NCBI GenBank assembly: GCA_021295855.1
Contig: JAGWBO010000001.1
Coordinates: forward strand, 11,134-75,133
Source: Pseudomonadales bacterium
GTDB lineage: Bacteria; Pseudomonadota; Gammaproteobacteria; Pseudomonadales; Azotimanducaceae
DNA: 64,000 bases
Reading direction: 5' to 3'
A model generated the notes under the pieces. That model was not told the DNA's origin and did no database searches. It was given only the letters and a program-made list of their open reading frames with translations. Below, piece by piece: positions 47,589 through 56,547 of the stretch (the first letter of the stretch is position 1; each line of letters begins with the position of its first letter). A program made the translations under genes and the position numbers.

Positions 47589-48605
47589 TTGGATTTCATC
47601 TTTCAGTGTGCTCGCTTGTTCCTCTCGGCGTTGGACCCCGAAACCGCTCACCTATTCACTTTGCGGGCGCTCCGGGTTCTTGGCCAGGTTCGACGAGCAA
47701 ATCGGCCACCGGGCGATACGATTGAAGTCGCAGGATTGAATTTTCCTAATCGTGTAGGGCTGGCGGCTGGATTCGACAAGAACGGCGAAGCAATCACCGG
47801 TCTGAATCAATTGGGATTCGGTTTCGTCGAGATTGGTGCCGTGACGCCAATGCCTCAATCTGGTAATCCCAAACCGCGCCTCTTTCGACTTACGAACCAT
47901 CGCGCCGTGATTAATCGAATGGGATTCAATAATGAGGGTGTCGAAGCACTCCGCGAACGGCTCCGGGTAACGCCAGAAATCAAACCAACCTTGCTCGGAG
48001 TTAACCTCGGGATCAATCGTGATACGCCGATATCAAAGGCGAAGGACGACTATCTGCAATGTATGAGATTGCTTTCCGATTTGGTAGATTACTTCACGAT
48101 CAATATTTCTTCTCCCAACACACCAAAGCTAAGAGATCTACATGGTGGCGCGCGACTGTCTGAGATGTTGAAAACCTTACTGGAGGAGCGTGATCAACTC
48201 ATCGTTGATCAAGATCGACGCTTGCCTCTCTTTGTGAAGGTGTCCCCGGATCTCGAGCCTGCGCTAGTGCGTGAACTCGCGCTCTGCATTCGAGAGGCGA
48301 GGTGTGATGGACTAGTTGCTACGAACACAACCACCGCGCGCGATGGCATACGCCATCGACTGTCGGCGCAGAAAGGTGGACTTAGTGGACAGCCATTATT
48401 CAACAAATCAATTCGGACCGTCGAAGCCGTCCGAGATGCTGTCGGGGCAGACTTTCCTATTATCGGCGTCGGGGGAATCTCGAACGGCAGTGACGCCATC
48501 GCCATGCGAAATGCGGGCGCTGACTTAATTCAGGTGTACACCGCATTGGTCTACGAGGGACCAAGGCTTGTTGACGCGCTCGTAACAGCCTTAGCAGATT
48601 CATAA
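47589..48605 (+). CDS. pyrD: dihydroorotate dehydrogenase (quinone), class 2
   Basis: N-terminal membrane-association helix LDPETAH, GLAAGFDKNGE, GFGFVEIG.VTP, NISSPNTP and GGISNG motifs. Confidence 0.9.
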   Translation: MDFIFQCARLFLSALDPETAHLFTLRALRVLGQVRRANRPPGDTIEVAGLNFPNRVGLAAGFDKNGEAITGLNQLGFGFVEIGAVTPMPQSGNPKPRLFRLTNHRAVINRMGFNNEGVEALRERLRVTPEIKPTLLGVNLGINRDTPISKAKDDYLQCMRLLSDLVDYFTINISSPNTPKLRDLHGGARLSEMLKTLLEERDQLIVDQDRRLPLFVKVSPDLEPALVRELALCIREARCDGLVATNTTTARDGIRHRLSAQKGGLSGQPLFNKSIRTVEAVRDAVGADFPIIGVGGISNGSDAIAMRNAGADLIQVYTALVYEGPRLVDALVTALADS

Positions 48606-48764
48606 TTCAGAAGCACTAATTACATTTAATATCAATAAGTTATGTACTTTTCCTATCTCATACGAAATCCGCTAGAATCTTTTGCATTGACGAATCAGGC
48701 GGCGTGACGTGGATTTGTTAGATGTGTTCGTAAATTTATAATCGCGCTAAATCAGTGACGAGAC

Positions 48765-50066
48765 TTGATGTTGTTTAGTAACAAGAAAATCTGGTGCGTA
48801 ATCGTTGCATTACTGGCGACGCCGCTTATGGCTGAGAGCGTCGATAGTGGTGATACCGCATGGATCCTGACTTCGACTGCGCTGGTTCTCTTCATGACGA
48901 TTCCAGGCTTGTCGCTTTTCTATGCGGGGCTAGTCGGTCGGAACAACGTCTTAAGCATCTTAATGCACTGTTTCGCAATCACATGCCTGATGACGATTCT
49001 TTGGGTTTTGGTTGGTTACAGTCTTGCGTTCACAGGTTCAGGTATCGCGGTTGGCGATACGTCATTTCTCGGTACGCTCAATAACTTCCTCCTAGGTGAG
49101 ATAAAAGAAGCAACGGTATCAGGAACGATTCCGGAATCGGTATTTGCCACATTCCAGCTGACCTTCGCGATCATCACGCCAGCACTTGTCGTGGGCGGGT
49201 TCGCGGAGCGCATGCGATTTTCTGCGATGCTCATCTTTTCCGCGGCATGGTTATTAGTCGTTTACATCCCGATCACGCACTGGGTGTGGGGTGGTGGCTG
49301 GTTAGGCGACCTCGGTTTCATGGATTTTGCGGGTGGTTCCGTCGTGCACATCACTGCAGGAACCGCCGCGATCGTCGCCGCTCTATTTATGGGGAGTCGA
49401 AAGGGTTATCCAGACTCACCAAACCTACCTCATAACGTACCGTTGACAGTAATGGGCGCTGGCATGCTTTGGGTCGGCTGGTTCGGTTTCAACGGTGGAA
49501 GTGCGCTGGCAGCCAATGGCGATGCGGCAATGGCACTCACGGTCACGCACATCTCGGCTGCGACCGCTGCGTTTACGTGGATGGTCGTTGAGTGGATACG
49601 CTTTGGCAAACCAACAGTTCTCGGTACGGTCACCGGGATGGTAGCGGGGCTCGGTTGTATTACGCCAGCTTCCGGTTTTGTCGGACCTGGTGGCGCGCTT
49701 GTGATCGGCTTCCTTGCCGGGTGGGCGTGTTTCGAAGCGACCGGCTTGATCAAGCGACGGCTATTCATCGACGATTCGTTGGACGTATTCTCGGTCCACG
49801 GCGTGGGTGGCTTCCTAGGCGTTCTGCTTACAGGAATATTCGCAAGTTCTGCACTTGGCGTGTTTGGCGGTCAGCAAGATATCGAGATCGGCTCGCAGCT
49901 AGTCACTCAGTTGATCGGTGGTGTTAGCGCACTAGTTTGGACTGCAGTACTTACCTTAGTGATTCTCAAGATTGTTGACATGATCGTCGGCCTGCGAGTA
50001 TCCGAGGAAGAGGAAGACGAAGGCTTGGATCTAACGTCGTTTAACGAGAGAGGCTACACGCCTTAG
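48765..50066 (+). CDS. amt: ammonium transporter
   Basis: Signal peptide, then DTAWILTSTALVLFMTIPGL. Also DFAGGSVVHITAG and DVFSVHGVGG motifs. Confidence 0.9.
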   Translation: MMLFSNKKIWCVIVALLATPLMAESVDSGDTAWILTSTALVLFMTIPGLSLFYAGLVGRNNVLSILMHCFAITCLMTILWVLVGYSLAFTGSGIAVGDTSFLGTLNNFLLGEIKEATVSGTIPESVFATFQLTFAIITPALVVGGFAERMRFSAMLIFSAAWLLVVYIPITHWVWGGGWLGDLGFMDFAGGSVVHITAGTAAIVAALFMGSRKGYPDSPNLPHNVPLTVMGAGMLWVGWFGFNGGSALAANGDAAMALTVTHISAATAAFTWMVVEWIRFGKPTVLGTVTGMVAGLGCITPASGFVGPGGALVIGFLAGWACFEATGLIKRRLFIDDSLDVFSVHGVGGFLGVLLTGIFASSALGVFGGQQDIEIGSQLVTQLIGGVSALVWTAVLTLVILKIVDMIVGLRVSEEEEDEGLDLTSFNERGYTP

Positions 50067-50089
50067 AACTCTAGAAGCACAAATAGTTG

Positions 50090-50124
50090 AAGGCGCGGTG
50101 CCGCGTGCGGCATCGCGCCTTTTA
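50090..50124. terminator. GC-rich hairpin, bidirectional intrinsic terminator between amt and the SPFH gene
   Basis: AAGGCGCGgTGCCGC-GT-GCGGCAtCGCGCCTT followed by TTT on the plus strand. The A-rich left flank gives a U-tract for the minus strand. Confidence 0.6.
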
Positions 50125-50163
50125 GTTATAGTGTACGAGAAACGTCTCGACGCGGCGGCGAGT

Positions 50164-51027
50164 TTAGTCCTGCTTCACGATGCCGTCTAAGTTAATTAGG
50201 GGTAGGGAGCTACCACCATTAACAACCGGCAGTTTTCCGTCCCATTTCTCTGCATATCTCAACTCGATCAGCTCCGGATTGTCGCGCAAGGCGGCTGCCT
50301 CGCGTTCAATTGCTTCTGCTTTCGCTACCGACTCCTGAGTGATCTGATAAGCCTCTGCATCAGCGGCTAGTTTTCGTTCTTCTGCCGCTGCTTCTGCTTG
50401 TGTCACGCGGCGCAACTTCTCATTTTCCGCTTTTAGCGCTTCTTGTTCGGCTTGAACCTTCTCTTCAATTGCCCTATTAAATTCCGGTGAAAAATCGAAG
50501 TCAGTGATAGCAACGTTGTCCAGGTTTAACGCGCCTTCTGCACCTTTTTGCCCAAGTGTTGCGTCGATAAAGTCCATGATGGCCGTCTGGATTTTCTGTT
50601 TTACTTCGGCCCGTTTCGTCACCAATTGCTCGGCAGTGTATTGAGCGGTCACAGATTTGACGGATTCTTGAATTGCAGGCGCGATCACATTTGCTGCAAC
50701 GGTGTCGGATCGTCCGATCGACTGGAATGTTCTAGGTGCGACTGCCCCGATCAGTGAATATTGGACTGCGACACGCGTAGAAACTATTTGTAGATCTTTT
50801 GACGCTGCTGTCGCGGCCGCATCAGCCTTTTGCAGGCGGACCGAAATTTCCTCAATACTGTCAAGAAATGGTTTCTTCATATTGAAACCTTCCGGCAAAG
50901 GTACCGGTTGTACGGCGCCTAACGTTCGGATAACACCGACGTGCCCACTTTCAACTATGGTGAACGCGCCAAATAGGACAACGATGACTAGAAGGGCAGC
51001 CACGCCGCCGGCGATTTTTGTGACCAT
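50164..51027 (-). CDS. SPFH/prohibitin (band 7) family membrane protein
   Basis: N-terminal TM (IAGGVAALLVIVVLFGAF), then TIVESGHVGVIRTLGAV and a coiled-coil Ala/Glu-rich C-terminus. I place the start at the internal Met MVTKIA; the ORF-track start is 51114. Confidence 0.75.
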   Translation of the reverse strand: MVTKIAGGVAALLVIVVLFGAFTIVESGHVGVIRTLGAVQPVPLPEGFNMKKPFLDSIEEISVRLQKADAAATAASKDLQIVSTRVAVQYSLIGAVAPRTFQSIGRSDTVAANVIAPAIQESVKSVTAQYTAEQLVTKRAEVKQKIQTAIMDFIDATLGQKGAEGALNLDNVAITDFDFSPEFNRAIEEKVQAEQEALKAENEKLRRVTQAEAAAEERKLAADAEAYQITQESVAKAEAIEREAAALRDNPELIELRYAEKWDGKLPVVNGGSSLPLINLDGIVKQD

Positions 51028-51190
51028 ATGAAAATCTCTAATAGAAGGGAATTTCCGAATTCTAGGTTGTATATACGAGAGTGGGAGATCGGATTCGCGT
51101 CTCCCGGTGGACACAACTGGATCGGTTTGTTATGCCCAAGGACTTTACGCTCACTCGATCTCTATGGACGTGTTTCGACGTTGAGGTTGA

Positions 51191-52120
51191 TTATTCGCGT
51201 GCAATTGCGTTGTTTACCAACATCTCCATGAGATTAGGAAAGTCGAGACCGGATCCTCGCGCCGCGTCTGGAAACAAGCTAGTTGGCGTCATACCGGGAA
51301 TGGTGTTAATTTCGAGCAACCACGGGTGATCGCTCTCGTCAAGTATGAAGTCAGAACGGGACAGGTCTCTACAACCGAGTAATACATGCGCGGCCACTGC
51401 AAACCGTTTTAACGCATCGGAGGTGCCTGACGGCATCGGAGGATCGAGGATGTGTCGACTTGCACCTGTCTTGTAGCGATTCGTATAGTCGTACCACTCA
51501 CCGTCCGCAAGCACCTGGATTTCGATGATCGGTAACGCAGTCGCAACGCCGCTTTGCTCCAGTACGGCTACTGTGATCTCGCGACCGCGTTTGAATGGCT
51601 CGATGATCAGTTGATCGTGCGATTCGAGCGCTTCGTTTACCGCCGCGGCCAAATCTCCGCCTTCGGGCAGTAGCTTCACACCTAACGCCGAACCCTGGGC
51701 ACGTGGTTTTATAGCCACGGCGCTTCCTAACGCCTGTTCGACTTTCTCACAATCGCGTGTCGACCACGACGCCTTATTGACGAGCGTCATTGGCAACACT
51801 GGAATGTCGTGCTCTCGCCAAACACACTTGGCTTGGTACTTGTCAATGGCTAACGCTGATGCTGCCATCCCGCTGCCAACAAACGGTAATCCCATCACCT
51901 CAAGAAATCCTTGAATGGAACCATCTTCGCCAGGAACGCCGTGAAGTACTGGAAACACGACGTCTGGCTTAAGGTCAAGCAACTGCTTGTACAGACTCAA
52001 ATCAAATTCGAGATAGGTCGCCTCGTGGCGCGACTTCAATCCTTCAACCACTTGATTTGCTGATACTCTAGATACCTCAGCTTCAGGTGAAGAGCCTCCA
52101 CCGATCACTGCGACTTTCAT
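51191..52120 (-). CDS. ddl: D-alanine--D-alanine ligase
   Basis: VFPVLHGVPGEDGSIQGFLEVMGLPFVGSG and LEINTIPGMTPTSLFP are canonical Ddl strings. 309 aa. ATGA overlap with the upstream S9 peptidase gene. Confidence 0.85.
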   Translation of the reverse strand: MKVAVIGGGSSPEAEVSRVSANQVVEGLKSRHEATYLEFDLSLYKQLLDLKPDVVFPVLHGVPGEDGSIQGFLEVMGLPFVGSGMAASALAIDKYQAKCVWREHDIPVLPMTLVNKASWSTRDCEKVEQALGSAVAIKPRAQGSALGVKLLPEGGDLAAAVNEALESHDQLIIEPFKRGREITVAVLEQSGVATALPIIEIQVLADGEWYDYTNRYKTGASRHILDPPMPSGTSDALKRFAVAAHVLLGCRDLSRSDFILDESDHPWLLEINTIPGMTPTSLFPDAARGSGLDFPNLMEMLVNNAIARE

Positions 52121-54042
52121 AGGCTTGACATGTTTGCGAATTCAGCATTCGCAAGTGCGGATTCGTCGATGCCATCCGGCTCAAAGTTGAATACACGGGA
52201 GAAGAAGTAATAGTCTCCCTTCAAGCACGTAATTTGCGTCTCGAGCTGCCGGAATCCATGCGGTTCGCCTTTAAACATGAAGAGAGCGGTAGGAATCCCT
52301 TTCTCTCTCAATGCGTCGAACATCATCCGCGACTGATCGGGTGGTACTACTTTATCATCAAGACCTTGCGAGAAAATGACTGGACAATTGAGCTTGTCGA
52401 TGTGGTTTATGGGAGATCTTTGATCCAGTTCGTCGCTAGGTACGAGTTGGTCGATATAACGGGATTCGAATTTATGTGTGTCCTCCGCTAAAGCCCTCAA
52501 GTCCGCAACGCCATAGTGACATGCCCCAACTTTAAACACATTCGTTGTGGTTAGTGCACGTAAGACTGTGAAGCCACCCGCGCTGCCGCCCGAAATCGCC
52601 ACTCGTTGTGGATCAATCAGATCCTGAGCGATCAAGTGTCGCACTCCAGCGGCAAGATCCTGAACGTCTCGATTTCCCCATTCATTCAATAGGCGGTCGC
52701 GATATGCTCGTCCATAGCCAGTGCTCCCGCTGTAGTTAACGTCCAACACTGCCCAACCGCGTGATGTGTAGAACTGGATGCGTAGATTGAGTGATGAAGA
52801 CGTACTGCTGGTCGGTCCACCATGTGCCTGCACGAGAAGTGGTGGGCGCTCGTTAAGAGTAGCAGAATACGCGGGATTGTTAGGTGCATAAAAATAGGCG
52901 TACACGTCCTCGCCGTTACTACCTGCGTAAGTAACCAGTTCGGGACGTGAGATGTGGTCCCTACCAATCGGCGACTCACCAGAGTGCTTTATTGTGCGAG
53001 TTTGGTCGGTGAACGTGTCTCTTGCCTGAATAACACCTGCTTCATCGACACTAGACTGCAGGAACGCGAAACCGTCACGAAACTTTGCGATGTCTCGGTA
53101 AGCGGCTGCACCGGATTCAACAGGCGTCGACATACCGCTGAATGAGTCGACCAGAATCAACTCCTCCTGATCAGGGCTAGCGAGTACGTGCGTATCGCTA
53201 AGTGCAGCGTATTGCGTGGATCCAATCTGCCACATCGCGTGTCCGTACTCGCGTTCGTCTGCTGCGATGGGATAGGTTCCTTCGGAGCTGAATACGTAGA
53301 GATCGTAGAAACCGGACCGATCCGAGCTAAATACGAGTTTGTCCTCTGCTAACCACTCTGGTTGAAAGATAGATTCGGTTTGTCCGCCCGCAACAATCGA
53401 AGCGTCGCCGATTGTGGGTCTCAGCATCATGACATACAGTTGAGTGCCGTTCCACGGCATGTTTGGGTGATCCCACGCAAGGAACGCGATCTTTTTGTTG
53501 GTCGGTGATAGTCGGGCGTGTGCGTAAAAATCGTACCCTTGATGAAGGACCGTGATTTCGCCGTTTGAAATATCAACTGCGACTAGCTCGTTTTCCGGCT
53601 CGCCATCGTCCTTATGCCGTTCACGGATACAGATCAACCTTTCGCCCGGCGAATCGTAGACAGGATCTGCAAAGCGCTCGTTGGCGTCCGACGAAGTAAT
53701 CGGAGACACGTCGGAGCCACTATCTAATGCCTGCGCGTAAATGTTCTGATCCTCGCCGTTTATGAAAAAGACGGTGTCCTTCGACACACAGTACGCGACC
53801 CCGCCGTATTCGTGTACGCGGCTGAGAACGGAATAGCCTCTGGGTGTTAGGTCTCTGGTTGTGTCATCACAATATCGGACAATGACGCGTCGCCCCGCTT
53901 CATGTGCGCGCGTTTCAACCCAGAAGAGGTCAGATCCACTGCTCCGCAATTGGCTGAATCCAACGGGCGAATTGGAAATGAGTCTTTCAACCGTTAACGG
54001 TGACACCCAAGCTCCGTACGGTGCGGTTATTACTTCTGTCAT
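52117..54042 (-). CDS. S9 family serine peptidase (prolyl oligopeptidase/acylaminoacyl-peptidase-like)
   Basis: N-terminal beta-propeller-like half. C-terminal alpha/beta hydrolase with nucleophile elbow ISGGSAGGF, a late Asp (QGLDDKVV) and His (GEPHGF). Confidence 0.8.
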   Translation of the reverse strand: MTEVITAPYGAWVSPLTVERLISNSPVGFSQLRSSGSDLFWVETRAHEAGRRVIVRYCDDTTRDLTPRGYSVLSRVHEYGGVAYCVSKDTVFFINGEDQNIYAQALDSGSDVSPITSSDANERFADPVYDSPGERLICIRERHKDDGEPENELVAVDISNGEITVLHQGYDFYAHARLSPTNKKIAFLAWDHPNMPWNGTQLYVMMLRPTIGDASIVAGGQTESIFQPEWLAEDKLVFSSDRSGFYDLYVFSSEGTYPIAADEREYGHAMWQIGSTQYAALSDTHVLASPDQEELILVDSFSGMSTPVESGAAAYRDIAKFRDGFAFLQSSVDEAGVIQARDTFTDQTRTIKHSGESPIGRDHISRPELVTYAGSNGEDVYAYFYAPNNPAYSATLNERPPLLVQAHGGPTSSTSSSLNLRIQFYTSRGWAVLDVNYSGSTGYGRAYRDRLLNEWGNRDVQDLAAGVRHLIAQDLIDPQRVAISGGSAGGFTVLRALTTTNVFKVGACHYGVADLRALAEDTHKFESRYIDQLVPSDELDQRSPINHIDKLNCPVIFSQGLDDKVVPPDQSRMMFDALREKGIPTALFMFKGEPHGFRQLETQITCLKGDYYFFSRVFNFEPDGIDESALANAEFANMSSL

Positions 54043-54590
54043 CGATCTACCAGGGAAGGCACTCGGTGCAAGGCTTCACGTTCATCCAAGGCAACCCACC
54101 GCTCATGATCTCGCCATCTGCCATCGATAAACAGGAATTTCGATGAAAATCCTTCCAACACAAAACCACATCGTTGCACCAGCTTTCTAGATGGATCGTT
54201 ATTGGGTTGAATATTGGCTTCGACGCGATGCAGCCCGAGATTCTTGAATGCAAACTGTAAGACTAGTTGAAGACCTTCTGTCATATAGCCTTTTCCCGTA
54301 TCGTCGGCTGACGAGTAGTAGCCGATGGTGGTGCTTTGAAACGAACCACGCACGATACCGTTGAGATTGAAAACGCCAACTATCTTGTTGCTATCGTTCA
54401 GGCAACAGAGGATACCTTCATGATCGTCACGAAGCGTTCGCCGATAGTAGCTTCGAAATGAGTGGCTGGTCAACGGTGTGGTGATCCACGGTGAATGCAG
54501 ACCGACACTTGACTGATTCAGAGCAAGGAGTTCGCGCTTATCCCGAGACTCTATGCGCCGAATGTGTACGCGTGGCTCTAATTCACCCAT
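54039..54590 (-). CDS. GNAT family N-acetyltransferase (RimJ/RimL-like)
   Basis: About 183 aa. Typical RimJ/L pattern: ...GYMTEGLQLVLQFAF..LGLHRVEANIQPNN..S..L..RCGF..EG. Confidence 0.75.
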   Translation of the reverse strand: MGELEPRVHIRRIESRDKRELLALNQSSVGLHSPWITTPLTSHSFRSYYRRTLRDDHEGILCCLNDSNKIVGVFNLNGIVRGSFQSTTIGYYSSADDTGKGYMTEGLQLVLQFAFKNLGLHRVEANIQPNNDPSRKLVQRCGFVLEGFSSKFLFIDGRWRDHERWVALDEREALHRVPSLVDR

Positions 54591-54650
54591 CTAATGAGTG
54601 TCCTTAGTTAAGGTCGCTACCACTAATAGTGCACAAGAAGAACGATTGAC

Positions 54651-54893
54651 ATGCCCCGACGAGAGTGCGTTCTATACATCACCGATGACTGCGCGTTGTG
54701 CGATGAAGCACTAGATATGTTGCTCAAGGCAAATGCACTTCGAGGCATCGTGCTCACAACTGTCGATATTGTCGAGGACGACGATCTCTTTGAGTCGTAT
54801 GGGGAACACATTCCCGTTCTTGAGTACCTTGGTGTGTCTTTAACTTGGCCGTTCAGCGTGGAGGATGCCGCAGCGCTTTTCTCGCCCAAATGA
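54651..54893 (+). CDS. glutaredoxin-like small thioredoxin-fold protein (DUF836-like)
   Basis: 80 aa with a CALC redox motif near the N-terminus (LYITDDCALCDEA) and ...IPVL... Confidence 0.65.
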   Translation: MPRRECVLYITDDCALCDEALDMLLKANALRGIVLTTVDIVEDDDLFESYGEHIPVLEYLGVSLTWPFSVEDAAALFSPK

Positions 54894-54935
54894 CCATCAA
54901 GATATAGGTTCGACTACACGGCAGCTCGGAAATCT

Positions 54936-55712
54936 CTAATTTCCGTGAAAGACCGGTTCACGCTTTTCCACGAAGGCGCGCATCGCTTCACGTGAGTCAT
55001 TACTTGCACCAGTACGGGTGTGTCGCTCCGTTTCAAGTTCAATGTACGCTCTTAGCGGCATGTTCTCTGCATCTACGAAGTTACGCTTCATTTCGCCGAT
55101 CGCGAGCGGTGCCATTTTCGAGAAACTAACCGCTAATTCCTTGACCTCGTCACGGAAAGTATCTTCGGGAAACGTCTTTAAGACGAGGCCGATTTGCTCA
55201 GCTTCGTCTGCAGCAAACTTCTGGCTCGAGAAGAACAGTTCACGTGCTTTGGTTGCGCCGACGATCCGAGGCAATAGCCAAGGACCTGCCATGTCACCGG
55301 AGATCGCGACGCCAAGGAACGCTGAATTGAATACTGCGCGTTCGCTCGCGTAACGCAGATCACAAGCACATGCCCAGCCAAAACCTGCGCCAGCGCACGC
55401 ACCATTGACGCCAGCGATCGTAACTTTTGGCATTTCATGCAACAGCGACGTTATGTGAAAATACTCCTTTCGATTAGGCTCCTGCTTCGCGCCACTAGTT
55501 GATGCCTTTAAGTCGACGCCAGGGCAGAATGCGCGACCAGCACCGGTGAACAGTAAAACCCGCGTGTTTACATCATGAGCAGCGGCGTTCAGGCACTCAT
55601 ACAGCTCCCGCATCATCTGGTTTGTGATCCCATTCATGCTGTCAGGTCGATTCAGCGTAACGATTGCGAGCGTATCTTCGACTTCGTAAGTGATCGATTC
55701 AAACTGAGACAT
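54936..55712 (-). CDS. enoyl-CoA hydratase/isomerase family protein
   Basis: Crotonase fold strings: VTLNRPDSMNGIT, FTGAGRAFCPGVDL, NGACAGAGFGWACACDLR. Confidence 0.8.
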   Translation of the reverse strand: MSQFESITYEVEDTLAIVTLNRPDSMNGITNQMMRELYECLNAAAHDVNTRVLLFTGAGRAFCPGVDLKASTSGAKQEPNRKEYFHITSLLHEMPKVTIAGVNGACAGAGFGWACACDLRYASERAVFNSAFLGVAISGDMAGPWLLPRIVGATKARELFFSSQKFAADEAEQIGLVLKTFPEDTFRDEVKELAVSFSKMAPLAIGEMKRNFVDAENMPLRAYIELETERHTRTGASNDSREAMRAFVEKREPVFHGN

Positions 55713-55749
55713 GTGTACCTACTTCTTGGCGAACAACGTGGTTAAAAAA

Positions 55750-56547
55750 TTATCCATCGTTGGTGGCGACAGAATTAGGCAGCCTAAAGAACCTGATGGC
55801 GTTCGCAGTGGTAATTTGGTCAATGTGCGATTCCGATTCGTTGCGTGATGCTGCAACTTTCTTTCGCACGTACTTGAGGTTTCCCGGTTCGTTTCTGTGT
55901 GTCGAAGGTTTTGGCTGAATGTTCTTCGGCATTAGGTAAGGCGAGTCCGTCTCGAGCAATAATCTTTCGTCAGGAATGCGATCGATGATGTTTGCCAATT
56001 CCAACCCGCGGATAGGGTCGCAGACCCATCCTGTGACGCCAATGTAGCAACCAATCTCTATATACGCGTCGAGAAGCAGACCATTGCCCGTGAAACAATG
56101 CACGACAACGTCCGTCGTTGCAGAATGCTTCAGCATCTCAAGAACTTCGCCGTTGGAATCCCGGTCGTGTACGAAGACAGGTAAATCCAGGCTAGAAGCG
56201 AGTTCTAGCTGTGCTTGAAATACCTTGCGTTGATTTTCCCGCGTCGAAAAGTTGCGGAAATAATCAAGCCCAGTCTCACCGATCGCCGCAGCGCCAAGGC
56301 TAGCGATTTCGGCGATCGTATCGATCCAACCATCTGCAACGTCGTCGGCATAGTGAGGGTGTACGCCGGCCGTGTACGCGAGGTAGTCCTGACGATTGAG
56401 CGCGAGCGTTGCCGCATCGTGACTTAAGGATTCATTCGTGCCTGTAACGACGATGTGATTTACGCCGCCTTCGATAGCCCGATTTATGACGTCGCCTAGA
56501 TCTCCTCGAAACGATTTGTCGGTGAGATTAGCGCCTATATCGATCAA
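55750..56547 (-). CDS. tatD: TatD family metal-dependent hydrolase
   Basis: IDIGANLTD start, GVHPH, IGETGLDY, HCFTG and ETDSPYL motifs. TTGA overlap with the slt stop. Confidence 0.8.
   Translation of the reverse strand: MIDIGANLTDKSFRGDLGDVINRAIEGGVNHIVVTGTNESLSHDAATLALNRQDYLAYTAGVHPHYADDVADGWIDTIAEIASLGAAAIGETGLDYFRNFSTRENQRKVFQAQLELASSLDLPVFVHDRDSNGEVLEMLKHSATTDVVVHCFTGNGLLLDAYIEIGCYIGVTGWVCDPIRGLELANIIDRIPDERLLLETDSPYLMPKNIQPKPSTHRNEPGNLKYVRKKVAASRNESESHIDQITTANAIRFFRLPNSVATNDG

Noticed and set aside
48668-48686. Sigma-54 promoter (TTGCA element) upstream of amt
   Set aside because: TTGCA is present at 48682-48686, but the required GG dinucleotide 12 nt upstream of the GC is absent (CT at that position).
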